The notes below the pieces were generated by a model. That model worked only from the letters and a program-made list of their open reading frames with translations, searched no databases and was not told where the DNA came from. This document shows, one piece after another, positions 1 through 12,420 of a stretch of DNA of 64,000 nt. This DNA is from Microbotryum violaceum (lineage: Eukaryota), in assembly GCA_001244265.2 (NCBI GenBank), contig CDLV01000011.1, positions 124,001 to 188,000 of the forward strand, read 5' to 3'. The first letter of the stretch is position 1. The number at the start of each line of letters is the position of its first letter. The position numbers and the translations under genes were made by a program.

Positions 1-2399
1 ATTGCCCCTACCTCTACCAATGGTACGTTGCTCATAGGCTGCCACTTTAGTGCTAGCCCTCAGCTTTTTGTAATGATCGGATCCCGCACGGAAACTGATC
101 GCCGAACTTGAAATGCGGGGACTTTTTAATGATGGCCCGGTTGGCACTACAGCCACGTGAGTTGTGAAAACCCGTTGCCTCACATTCGCTATTTTTTGGT
201 AACAGTTCTCGGTTTCTCTAGCTGACCCATGTTGTTGCTTATACCTTTCCCTCCCGCCTTGATTGGCCCGCTGCCGGATCGCTTGCGCCACCGGCCGCCA
301 CTCCGAACCACGAATAGCTTTTACCAAACTGTTCCCGACGATAAGACCAACGGTCGGGCCGTGGTCGTTGCAGCAGGCGGTTTGCTCGGTGGTGGATCTT
401 CCATCAACTTTGTGAGCCTCTCGTCTGATGGAAGTACTCGATACTGTTCAGCGACGTAATGTTGACGAACCAGGCAAGTTCTTCCGCTCTCGGCCCCGCA
501 GCAACTGTACACGCGTGCTTCAGCATCCGACTACGATGACTGGAACACCGAAGGCTGGGCTTTCAAGGATCTCTTACCCCTCGCTTGTAAGACGGAGACC
601 AACACCCTGCAAGACCAAGACTGGGAAGTCCATGGCAGGAATGGCCCTCTTGGCGTGTCGTACGGCGGGAGCGAATCCGCGCTCGGCGAAGAATGGATCA
701 GGGCTGCTGCTGAGTGCTGGCCCGAGTTGCCCTTCACTTATGATGCTCAGGTTCGTAGGCTTCGGATTATGCAGTGTCTGACTACCACCAATTAACCGCT
801 CTATCTCTTCTGGATTGTCAGGACTTCAAAACGGGCCACGCTGGTGAGTGAGCTCCGCATTGGAAGCGCTGTCGGATTGAGCTAAAAGTGGAGCCTGTCT
901 CAAAATCAGTGTCCAAGTCGGGCAAGTGGATTGATCAAAAGGGGCACCGCTCCGATGCTGCCCATGGCTTCATCCACCCGATCCTCGAGTCGTACCCCAA
1001 ACTCAAGCTCATCACCGAACACAAGACGATCCGCGTCGTTTTCGACGAGTCCGGCGACGAGCCCCGAGCTATCAGCGTCGAAGTGTGCTTCAACCCGTTG
1101 GCTCGCAATGCGATGGATCCCGAGAACCCGCCCAAAGTGAAGAGGCGGAAAATTATCAAGGCGAAGAAATATGTCGTCCTCAGTGCAGGTGCCCTCTCTA
1201 CGCCCGCGATCTTGGAGCGTTCCGGCGTCGGCAAGGCTGGTGTCCTGAAGGAGGCTGGCGTCGACAAGGTCGTTAGCGAGCTCAACGGTGTAGGAGAGAA
1301 TTACAACGACCATCAGCTCGCGAGTGCAATTTATGTTCTTGCTGATGAGGCTGATACCCTTTGCGAGCTTCTGCGCGGCACGCCCGAGGTCGTTGAAGCT
1401 GAGTCTGCTCTGGGGGCGAACGGAGGCGCAGGTCGCATCGCAACCAACGGCATTGATGCCGCGGTTAAACTTCGCCCGACCGATCAAGAAGCGAAGAAGA
1501 TGGGCCCGGATTTTCAGAAACGCTGGGAGGACAAGCTCCGATGCAAAAGATAAGACCGTGATGAGTGGCATGTCGCTTGACAGCATGGTTCGCAAACGAC
1601 TGCGCAGGCACTGACCTCTTTCCACGTTGTAGGCGTGCTGGTCGGAACGTTCTTAGGCGGTCACCACAATCTTCCTCCCCAGGATAAGTATGCTATGATC
1701 TGCCAATTCGACAATCACCGTGGTGACAAGTCCTGTGGCAGCGTGCACATCAATTCAAGCGACCCCTTCGCGATGCCGACCTTCGATGCTGCCTTCTTGC
1801 GCGACCCCGCGGATCTTCCCGTCCACGTGTGGGCGTACAAGCGATTGAGGGAGATAATCCGCCGCATGCCTTCTTACCGTGGCGAATTTGCGCCGATCTC
1901 GCCCGCGTTCCCCGAAGGTGAAGCGCGCTGCTTGTCGAAGGAAGAGGCGGCAAAGCTCGTCGGTAAGAAATTGGACGACATCGCTTACACCGCTGAAGAT
2001 GACAAGGCAATCGAGGACTGGGCCAGAAATAACGTAATGATTCTATGCTCGTCGTTCAAGTGATCACCATCAAGGAGCTGAGCCCCAAGTTTGCTTCGTC
2101 ACCAGATTGGTTCGACGTGGCACTCGATGTCGACGTGCTCGATGAAGCCGCGAGATCAAGACGGTGTCGTCGACGCTCGGTTGAACGTCTACGGTACCAA
2201 GGGCCTCAAGGTTTGCGATCTCTCGATCGCGCCCTCGAACCTCGGCACGAATACCTACTCCGTGAGTGCTATACCTGAGGATACTCCTGATGAAACAACA
2301 TTAATTGGGCTCGAGACCCTTCTCTTTGCACAGGCGGCTTTGACGATTGGTGAAAAAGGTGCCGTCTTGTTGGGCGAAGATCTTGGTATCAAGGTCTAG
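1..2399 (+). pseudogene. GMC oxidoreductase / alcohol oxidase-like gene, multi-exon, 5' end outside the window; apparent frameshift near 1535 (pseudogene or sequence error)
   Basis: Motifs GGLLGGGSSINF, YTRASASDYDDW, RSDAAHGFIHP, VVLSAGALSTPAILERSGVG, GVGENYNDH, TWHSMSTCSM, GVVDARLNVYGTKGLKVCDLSIAP, NTYS-AALTIGEKGA; stop TAG 2397-2399. The RWEDK frame stops at 1551-1553 while SDAKDKTVM continues in another frame. Confidence 0.8.
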
Positions 2400-2628
2400 G
2401 CCAACTCGCTTGGAGCCCCTGGTGATTTATCATATGTAGCAGATATCCTTCACGGCTGGGGTATCTTTCTCTGGCGGTATGGGGTTCATGGGTCCCGCCC
2501 GATGTTTGAATGAGATTTTCTTGCAACTGCGAATGAATATACAAAGCTACAGAATGGCCCCGAGTAGAATAAACAAAGTCAAAGGAAACCGATTCTTTGA
2601 AAAGACTGACTTTTTCCGGTTGTTCGAC

Positions 2629-5600
2629 TCAAATCTGACCCTGCCGAGCCAACATCTCAAAGTAATCCATCTGCGAAGGCAGGAATTGCGGCAGCGGCCC
2701 AACGGAATTGATTGTGTTATCGAGGTTGGCCCAATCAACCATCATTGAGCCTCCGTCTCCGACCGGATCGGCGTTCGAACGCGCCGGCTCCAAACCGTAT
2801 GCCATCTCTTGACCAAAGAAAGTCAGGTCGATACCGGAGAGAATCGAGTGCAACATCTCTCCCGCTTCGATGGGTTGGTCAGTCGAGGGCCCCAAGAGGT
2901 CGAACGACGTCTGAGCCGAAGGATATCTTGTCCTGGGCGAGGACTTCGAGTCGGTAGGATCTTTTTGTTGATGCCCGTGATAGGAAGGCGGAGGCTGGCT
3001 AGAGCTCGAGAGCGCAGGCGAATGAGAATTGCTGTGGCTGAGGTCTACGATCGTGGTGGCTTCATCAAGCACTGGCTCTACCACTGAATCGCGTCTTGGT
3101 GTGTTGGGGAGCTGAGAAAGGTCGACCGACCCAAGAACGAACATCGCACGCAAGATGCGGGCGTGGCGTTTCGCTGGATGAGATGGCGTCGGAGCCACGG
3201 CATCAAGGAAGCGAGAACTGAGGTCGAGCAATCGGGCGACCTTTGCACCCTTGATCATGAACTGCGGCTTGTTCAACGTAAGCGATCCACTGTCGTACGC
3301 GTTCTGATCCTTCACCTTCAGTTCGCAGTTGACCAACGCCGCGTTACACATCCGAGACACGAGCAGCAGCGGGTAGACGAAGGCGACACAAATAATGGGG
3401 TCGAACGCTGTGCGATACACGTCTACGACCTTCTGATCGAGCGTCAAGAACGGTCGACCTCCCTTCGGAATATCGAACGGACGGCTCGCCCAGTGCACTT
3501 CCCGACGCTGTGAACCTTCGACACGTGACTCAGCGGAAAGGGCAAAGATCTGCCTTTCTACGGCATCGAGGGTGATCTGGAGACTGTTCCAATCGTCGCT
3601 CGACATCTCGGGCCGTTCATTGAGACCTTTGGCGAGCGAAACACGTCGCTCCCTTTGCCATCGCATGAAGACCGTCGAGTTAATGATGGCGCGGATCAGT
3701 TGGGAGATCACGTAGATCGGATGCATGGCGAGGGCATCGCCTTCCTTGGCCGCCGCCTCGAGTGGCTCGGACCAGTACTGCTCCCATTCGTCGAGGTCTC
3801 GATTAAACTTGCGCAATTCGTAGGCCGGCGCTCGTTTGGTAAAGTCGGTGAACCAAGCCTTGGACACAGAATGCCGCGAGACCGCGTAAAGTTCCACCAA
3901 GGCCGCGAGACGGACATCTCCCGTTTGGAGTTTGAGCGAGGCGAGAAGTCGGGTAGCGCGAAGCACATCGGTCATGTCGAGCGTAGTGGGTCGTCCTATG
4001 GTAAGCGTGGCATGGTTATCAATGACGATTATCCACATCCATAACCGCAAGTCGGCAACGACACTCGCAGGCACGGGCACGTCAGGCGAGTAAAGTTTGG
4101 CGAAGAGGCTCGGAACGGAGGGTAACCCAATACGCGTCGAAACTCGAGCGATAATACCCCAGAGTACGAATGAGGACGTAGTGTTGAGTTTGGCGTACTG
4201 CTCGGCTCGCTCGGCGGTGTGCACGCGTCCAGAGAAGTGGAATGCGGGGAGTTGAACGGGCTTGTACATCATTAGGAGACATAGCGCTCGAAGTAGGTCG
4301 CTGTTGAGGTCGTATACCTGAGTGCTGATTATGATGGGTGCGATCAGCTCGTTGGTGAGAGCGACCAGCGCCTTGTAAACTTTGGTCCCGCGTTCGCTTG
4401 TGCCCATGAGGTAGTAACCCGTCGAGGTCAGGATCGTGTGAAACAGTAGTGGACACCGCTCTCGCACCTCCATCGCATTTGAGTCCTTGGATAGGTCAAA
4501 CACCAGTATCCATGGTGCGAGCATACGGAAAAAGATCAAAAAGTTCGCTTCGACCTCGGCGATGCTGAGGATGCCGCGATCGATCGCATCGGGTCTCATC
4601 GTGTCGGGAAGCATGGATTCGAGAGTCGGGAACGTGGAGCGTGCTGCTTCAGCGAAGCCATCGAGGTCTTGCAACGCGGGCGCCATCTGGGAAGTTTCCA
4701 GTGCCTCGATGAAGTCGATCGTGGCCGAGATGTTTTGCAACGCGTGACAAGGTAGGGTCGAGCTCGGGGCGATCTGTTGGCCGTCTCCGGAATCAGGCGA
4801 ATCACTCGGGGTAGGTTTCGAAGCTTCAGGATACGGTTCGGCGGCAATAAGTAGTGGGTCTGCGGATTTCTCCGATTGCGATGTAGATTCGAACGTGTTC
4901 GAGTTGAGATGCAAGTTTGTGACCGAGGCTTCGAGCGAGCGCAAGCGATCAACAATTTCGCGAAGACTGGCGCGAGCAAAAAGTCAAAGTGAGCATCAAT
5001 ATGTACCGTGTCCCCGGGCTAGATTGACAAAGTAAAGACCATCCAAGGCTTACGTCTCGTTTAACACACTCTCACTGGAGCCTGCAGCCACAAAGGATGG
5101 TTGGTGTGACAGCTGCGAGGTCGGGGGAAGCGACGAACTGGTGCTGGCCACAGCCGGCGCGGCACTCCCTGCTGCTCGAGGGTTGGCGCTCGGCTTGGGG
5201 GGCAGTTGCACGGGAGGATATTCGCATGCCAAGCCATACCTGGCAGCACAGGATAAGGAGGATCGTCAGGAGTATGTCTACGGAACACGATCGTAGAAAT
5301 GGACCTCCGACGAGCCCACTCGGAGCCACGTTCGCCTGTGCTGACACATGTGCAGTGCCCATCGTCGGGCGTCGGGCGTCGGGCAATGGCAGAGGACGAC
5401 CACGCCGCACGTGACGTGGGGCCTCGCCCACGGAGAGGTCAGTCAGGCGAAGGGACAACTCACAACTCGCAGCGGCGACACGGGATCCGCGATGGCCCAT
5501 CGCATTTCTGTTGGAGTGGGCACGATATAATAACGGTCAGTAGCTTGGTTCACCACAAACGTCCGGCTCTACAGTGTGCGCTACGCCTCGGTCACAGCGC

Positions 5601-5819
5601 GTGGGAAGCGGAGTAGTTGAGCCTAGCATTGGCTGAGCTCAGCTGAGCGGGCTCAGGGGCATCACCGCTACGTGCTGTCCGCGGCGTCCCACCATACGGG
5701 GGCAGGTGGTGACTAGCTCCGGTCAAAAGAGATACACTGACCTGTTTCGTGGCTCGACATCCGGCACAGGCTGCCCTCGATCGTGAGGTGCGAAGCTGCT
5801 TGCCTGCGAGCGACTCCAT
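2629..5819 (-). CDS. Zn(II)2Cys6 fungal transcription factor, 4 exons
   Basis: Spliced N-terminus gives CAGCRATKQ|KCDGPSRIPCRRCEL|YGLACEY (six-Cys cluster), then coiled coil LREIVDRLRSLE and a 771-aa exon with a middle-homology-like region (RLWMWIIVIDNHATLTIGRP); GT-AG junctions are in frame. Confidence 0.9.
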
Positions 5820-7799
5820 CCCTGCCAGTGGCCGAAACGCAGCTTAGACAAGGTGCTGGCTGGCACTGGTGCGGGGTCAGCGACTCGGCGCCGGTCCGTT
5901 GTGGGAGTCGAAGGGCGTTGGCTTGTCCGATCGAAGGTTTCCGGGAAGACTGTAGCTCGGGTAGAGGCACGAATATGGCTGTAGCGCACAACGCGTAAGC
6001 TGAGACTGAAACCGGCCGACTGATCCTCGAGAGACCGACGGTCGTGCGGGCCGCTCGGCGCGCAGGTTGCACAAGTCGAACGCTCAGTCGGCCGTTGGGT
6101 ATTCCGAGACAGTCGATCGATGCACTGGTTTTTGCTGGGAGAATCGGCCGTAAAGTTCGCTGAGGGGCGGCGGGAGAAGGGTTGCAGTAAGAAAATCAGG
6201 AGCTTTCAATGGGGGAGGCGGTAGCAGGGCTAAGAGAGTACCCCGGTGGTAATTTCGATCCTGGGTTGAGAACCTGAGCAGGGTCTCCTAGAGCGGCAGG
6301 CGGGCCCGTCCTAGTACCCTCCGATCGCGGAACGAACGTGCGCGGGGCTTCCGGCTCCTCAGTTCTGCTGATCGATCCCTCAGAGCAACCGAGAGCTCAC
6401 TGTAGCTTCGATCTGATCGGGTCAGCGTCTGATCTACTGGGCCCGTATTGTATGCAAACACGCGTTGCTCAAAGTCAACGATGGATATCTGAGGTAAAAT
6501 AATCGCCACTTTGCCGACCGCACATGACCTCCTTGTACTTTTCCCTCACCGAAAAGAGCCGTGGGATATCGAACATGCTCCCCCAGAGCTTATATTAACT
6601 TTCATCACTCGGCCTCGGTTAAAATAAGGATGCCTAAGTGGCACTACACTCCTGTCTGCGCGCCTCCGGCGACTTTCGATCGCCGCTTAGTCTCCTAGGA
6701 GACCCTCCGTGCGGAAGTACGAATCCATTCAACCCGTCATTGAGAGGTCTAGTGGACACGGAAGCATTGGTTGACCTGCGTTTCCCTGTGGATGCGCGCT
6801 CACGACTCACCGTTGGTGAGATACACCTGAAACATATGTCCTGCTTGCACGCGTGGGTCGAAAATTCTGCGACACAATTTCAGCGCACGGGTCCCCTGCC
6901 GCCTCCGAGACCCAACTTGAGCCAAGGGGACTGAGACTGGGGAGCGTGTACGAAACTTATGGTAGTGGTTCTAGATAGGGCTATCATATTGGAATGCTTT
7001 CAACTTTATTAGGCACAAGCTCAGCTTCCACACCCAGCGGACAGCGGCGCCCCTCGCTTGGCCGCGAGAAAGGTAGGTGGAGTGCCGCACAGGCTTTCCG
7101 ACTTGACCTCTATGAATCGGGCCTGAGCAACAAGGGCATTCATGTATTGCATCTTTCAATACGATAGTAGCTACCGACGGGCCCCCTGACTTTGGAGAGC
7201 GTCCCAAAGTCGCGACGGAGGGGACCGAGTCTCCACTCGAACAAAGGCCTCTTAGCGTGGCGGACAAAGGGAGCCTGTGCGTCAACCGCGTCAAGATATT
7301 CGGTCCAGACCTTTCTTTCTTTTCCGATCCGTGGTCGTTCATTGGAAGGAACGGTGTTGTGTCTCTACTCTTTCATTGGAGCGGCAGCTCTGTGTTCTTG
7401 ACAACGATTGTCAAGAAAACCCCTTGTCTGCCGGTCAGATCGGGGTGCTCCACTAGCGATCGATTCGTTCAACGCCGTCACTCCCAATCTTGTACCATCA
7501 GTACTGTCACTACCTGACGTGATCGCCTGGGATGTCTCATCGGGTGAGTAGGGAATTTTTCGTGATATGCAAAGTCCGATTTATGATCGCACGTTGAAAT
7601 CGGACCGCCTCGAAACTCGCCGCAGCTCGACTGCACTCCTCGCGCATTAACTTCGACATGGGTAGCCTTCCAACCCACCACCCCAACACGATCCTCCAGC
7701 TCATTCTCCCTACCCACGGTTCCCCCAGGTCGTAACCTTCGACACTTTCAATCCACCCGCCATCGTACGCCTCGACCACCACCTCTCCTGCTTTCGGAT

Positions 7800-8633
7800 T
7801 TGCTGTCTGTCGATTCTTCGAGTTGGAAGAAGCGTTCCCTTGCGACGGATCACGAAAGATGGGTCGGCGAACAAGATGGTCTTACAACATTCATGCTCTC
7901 ACCCTTCACCTTTGATTTTTACTCTCCTACCGCTTCTCCCGCAAGTCCGAGGACGCCACGCCAACACAACAGCAGTGCGCCTAGCTCCCCTATCCTCGCG
8001 ATGACCTCAACCAGCCGAGCACAGGCCCATAATGTCCGAAAAGAGAAGCGACTGTCCGCCGTTCCCTCAGCAGAACATTCTGAAGACTACAATGGTCTTC
8101 TCCTTACCGAGACGTCTCTTCGTTCCCTTCACGTCCTGGGCTATACTTCCCTGAGTACCTCCCGATCTTCCTGTATCTCAACTACCTCCTCGTCAGCTCC
8201 AAGTCCTCGCACCGCTTCCCCCAATCACTTCAAGACTTCAAGCCCCAAAAGTGGAAGATATCCTTCACCTTCACTCAACAAGAGTCCAGAAGTCGGTATG
8301 GACCCACTGGATGTCTTCTTCGGTCTCTCATCCGCCGCCGAAGCGAAAGCTTTTCGATCGGGCTTGATCGGTTTGGGAATTGAGATTGGTGTCAAAGGTG
8401 GTTGGGAAGGGGTCGAGGATCTCGAACCTTTATTGACTTCGAACGTAAAGGACGTACAGGAAGTGCAACCCCAAGAGATAATCACACCGATTTACGTAGC
8501 CAAAAAGACTAAACAGGACTCCAAGCGACCGGACTCCAAGCGAGCGATTCGAAAGTCCAAGAGCGTCAAGGAGCGTCTGAAGCATCTGTTTGTGGCGAGC
8601 TCGTCTCTTCCCCTATACCAGCAGTGCGATTAA
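7800..8633 (+). CDS. Hypothetical Ser/Pro-rich protein; start uncertain
   Basis: 277-codon open frame with a low-complexity Ser-rich part and a basic C-terminus; no recognisable domain. Confidence 0.45.
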   Translation: MLSVDSSSWKKRSLATDHERWVGEQDGLTTFMLSPFTFDFYSPTASPASPRTPRQHNSSAPSSPILAMTSTSRAQAHNVRKEKRLSAVPSAEHSEDYNGLLLTETSLRSLHVLGYTSLSTSRSSCISTTSSSAPSPRTASPNHFKTSSPKSGRYPSPSLNKSPEVGMDPLDVFFGLSSAAEAKAFRSGLIGLGIEIGVKGGWEGVEDLEPLLTSNVKDVQEVQPQEIITPIYVAKKTKQDSKRPDSKRAIRKSKSVKERLKHLFVASSSLPLYQQCD

Positions 8634-8916
8634 CATTTCTGGAAGGGGTTCGGAACGACAAGGACACGATAGTAGGGCGGCTTGATAAGCGCGTTACTTT
8701 GTAGTGATAATCGGTGTCGGTGTAGTCATTTCTAGTATGTCATTGAAGACGAACTTCAGGCCGTGAGAGGGGTATACACCAACAAACCATGCGAAATCTC
8801 ACGGACCTGAGTCATCAGGGAGAGTCAAGAATAAGAAGTATGTGGCAGCACAGCTCCCGACACGCGATAAAGAAAGTCGGAGATAGATAATGGAAAGTCT
8901 GAGTAAGGCCCGTCTA

Positions 8917-11255
8917 TTATCGCCTGTAAGCTCCGTGGTAACCTTCTCCCTCCTCACGATCAAAATCGTTCAGTCCCCCGTTGACGACACTCAATCGTCT
9001 CGTGGGTCCCCCATCACTTGGAACCGGTCGGGACCCCGTCCAACTCTCGTAACCAGGTAGACTCGTGAGCACCGTCCCACTCGTTCCATTCATCGAGCTC
9101 GCGCCGTCGAACGAGTCCTCATGACGATGCGAGAAGAAGGTTTGCTGTACGTTCGAATTAGTCGGCGTTCCCGATCGAACGATAGGGTAGGACAAGGACT
9201 GTGTATCGGATTCGTGTTCTTCCCTGACCAAAGATAAGCGTGGAGCTTGCTCGTCGCTAACACCTCCTGCTCCGTGCGAGGAGTATCCATTCAGTGCACC
9301 AGCATGAGGTTGGTCCGATCGGGTCGAATAGACCGAGCTGATCGAGCCTTGACGATCAAGACCTGCTGGTTGCCACACTTGACGATCGTTCGAAGGCGCG
9401 CGGTATGGTCCTGAACCGAACGCTCCTCCCGACTCTGAGCGCGATAATCCCGACATCGAGTTGGCATAGTCCAATCCTGTTCCTGCGGCCTGTCCGGTAG
9501 GGTACGCGATCGGGGGTGGCATCGAAGGCAAGACTTGACCCGGACCAAAATTGGGGGGAGCCATTATGTGGTGTTGCTGCTGGTGTTGCTGTTGGTACGC
9601 GACGTGTTGGATAAGGCCCGAAGGTGGCCGCGGTGTGCCGAACGTGCCGTTCCTGGCCAAGGTAGGCAGAGCAAGTGAACCTTGGCTTCCCATCGTGTTC
9701 GATCGATCGAGGTTTCCGTATTCGTTGATTTGCTGCATCTGCACAGCCCCCCCTGCAGCGTAGTAAGGATCCGGACTATGGTGTGCTTCGCTATACGCAT
9801 CCAGATCGTCCTCGAGCATGACCGAGCCACGACGGTATTCGTCACGCTCGAAAGGTGAGGGGTCGTCATTGTCACTGGAGCGACGTCGTCTTTTGAGGAC
9901 TTGAGCGACCAGAGCGGCGACGACGATGACGGCCAGCAACGAGCCCGCGACGATGCCTACGACCGCGCCTGTGGAGGGGCCAGAGGAGGAATTGCTCGAT
10001 TCGCTCGAAGCCAGGGTCCCGCTCGCGGTTGAGGTTTGGGATGCGGACACGACGACGACGGTCACGCTAGCTGATGGCAAGGCGGTCGTAGTGGACGAGG
10101 ACAAGGACGAAGAAAAAATAAAAGGGGTCGGGGTTGCTGATGCTGTCGTCGTTGTCTCCGCAGCCTCGTCCGTCGTTGCGTCCGCAGCCTCATCCGTCGT
10201 TGTGATACGTTCCGCCGTCGTGGTCACGGCTCGAGTTGTGGCGACAGGTGTAGTAGTGGCTACATTGACAACAGACGAGGTTCACGAGAATCAGCACAAC
10301 GGCACCAACGGACGCAGAGTCTGGATGCGCCCCAGGCCCAATCGATTCTACGCGTGGTGGCCCCTATTCCCGCTCCGGATCCATTGATGAGGCGGGGGCT
10401 AATGGAACATAGGCTACACCGGCCAAGCTCCATCCGCACTCAACTCCGAAGGAACCCGGAAAGTAAGGCAGCTCTTGGGAGCTTTCATCAATGGTCATAG
10501 ACGGCGTGCTCGTCCCGTCGGGACCGTCGACCATGACCACGACGCGTGCGTGCTCTGTGCGTAGGCGCGGCAGTCGGCAATTGTCGGACGAACGCAAGAG
10601 CTCGAACACAGACGCAGGAAACATCCTCGGTGCGACGGCAAGATAGCCATCCAGGCTCGAGGTTTTAAGAGATACTAGATGACCCCGCTAGCCTACACCC
10701 TGCGTGGCGTAGCTCGACATCGGCCGGTCGTCGCTGGCTTTTGGCGCCATGCGCTAGGCCGCGAGCACTTGCAAACAAACGACGGGTCGCTGAATCGCAT
10801 CGAAATTCCCCGATCGCGATTATCTTCGCACGCATGTAGTCGATAGAAGCAGTCGTGAAAGCAAATTCCCCCAAGTCGGTTTTCGGTGAAAGAGTATAAT
10901 TCCGAATCCCGAGAGTGAAAAGATGATGTTCTGATTGTTCAGAGCGAGTGAAAGACGACAACTTACTAGTAGTGGTGATCGGCACGATTGCGGACGTCGT
11001 CGCCGGAGTCTGGGAGGGAGTCGTCGATGGAGTGGTTGAAGGTGTCGTCGTCGGAACAAGGTTGGTTGTTGTACTGGCTCGTGGCGTAGGGGAGGCGACA
11101 GAAGCTGGTATAGTGGTGCCGGCTGGGGTCGTGGCATCGTCTCCTGCAGCATCGTCGCCCGAGCCCGGGTCCGACTCGTCGGTGTCGTTGTCGTCGAACT
11201 GTCGCTTGGCTTGTCGATGCAGACGAAGTCGGGCTGATTGGTCATTGTGTGTCAT
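8917..11255 (-). CDS. Ser/Thr-rich single-pass membrane protein (Mid2/Wsc-like architecture), 2 exons
   Basis: Exon 1 11255-10967 (MTHNDQSARLRLHRQAKRQ..., Thr-rich), intron GTAAGT...TGTAG, exon 2 10259-8917 in frame; TM segment GAVVGIVAGSLLAVIVVAALVA followed by KRRRR and a cytoplasmic tail. Confidence 0.8.
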
Positions 11256-12032
11256 GGTGGGCAAATTTATTATGTGGTGGAAAACTTCTGTGATCGAATC
11301 GGTCTGGTGGAGCTGTTGTCGATTACGGCAAGGCGGCCTTTGCGCGTCAATGCCGGCGTACGCGACTTTAGCGGCGTCGGGGACTACGCGTTGACCCAGC
11401 ACGGACTCCGACGACGACGACGAGGAGGACGTTGACTGAATGAAAGTCAGCCTTGCTAAACGAGAGGAGCCAGGGGAGCGGATGCCTGGGCGGGACGAGG
11501 GTCGAAGTCGGGGTGACGGTAGGGGAATGGAAGATTGAATGAACGGTAAACAGGGTCGGTCTGAAATGAGGAAGCGGGGGCAAAGTCCAGAAAACGAAAT
11601 GCAACGGGCGCACCTTGCAGAAACGACCCGGTGCTACGGCAGCGGGCGCGACGAGGCGCGCGCCCATTGTCGGCAGTCGGCATGACACACGCGACGACAT
11701 CATGAGCGACGGCTGACGTACGATTCAGACTTCTGTTGCTCTCGGCTGCTCACCGACAGAAAACTCCAAGTATGTGGCAAGGTCTGGTCACAAGGTACGC
11801 CATGATATTCACTGAGGAACACACTGCAGTGTGATGATAGGCGCATCGATACAGAATTCCTTCGGTTTACCATTCCGGCATCCGACCTGGTCGAATTATA
11901 CAGTTCTACTTTGATGTCCAGGGATATCTAGAGGGATTGTCGAGTAATACTTTATCAAAAACAGTTGGTAAGTTGCCCCGCTCGTAGACCCAACTCGGAG
12001 AACGGGGTCTTTTCCTTAATCTAATAGATTTC

Positions 12033-12420
12033 AACCAGTGGGAATCCGTTAAATTTACGGGAGGGTGAAATTCAAAGAGCAGAAGAATCGAACAATATAC
12101 ATGATTTCAGTATTTCAGCAGAGGCAGAAAGACGCAATACGAAGTACAGCAAGGAAACAGTTCTCCATTCATCGCCCAAACAGCCTGCCCGTTGCTTGTT
12201 GCCAAAAACGTCGTCGTCGCGTCGGTTCAATTTGGCTTCAAACACTCGTGCAATGAGATCCGGTCGGTTGCATGCTGGGTCGTTCGGCCCCAGTGCAGCC
12301 TTGATTTCCGGCCATCCGGGGTCGCACCTCACCGTGATGAACAGCGGAGACCTTCAATATTTGACAACGTACGCCATCGCATCCTGGTAACGCTGCGTGA
12401 TCCCGCGCGGTCTATTCTTG
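12033..12420 (-). repeat. Left arm of terminal inverted repeat; putative Helitron 3' end at 12035
   Basis: - strand ends CCGTAAATTTAACGG-ATTCCCA-CTGG|T; matches 16056-16440 in reverse orientation. Confidence 0.85.

Noticed and set aside
1-5819. Secondary-metabolite gene cluster (oxidase plus Zn2Cys6 regulator)
   Set aside because: No backbone enzyme (PKS, NRPS or terpene synthase) in the window; adjacency alone is insufficient.
6100-7500. TPP riboswitch or other structured RNA (CTGAGA-like words)
   Set aside because: The remaining conserved riboswitch elements are missing and no thiamine-related gene is adjacent.
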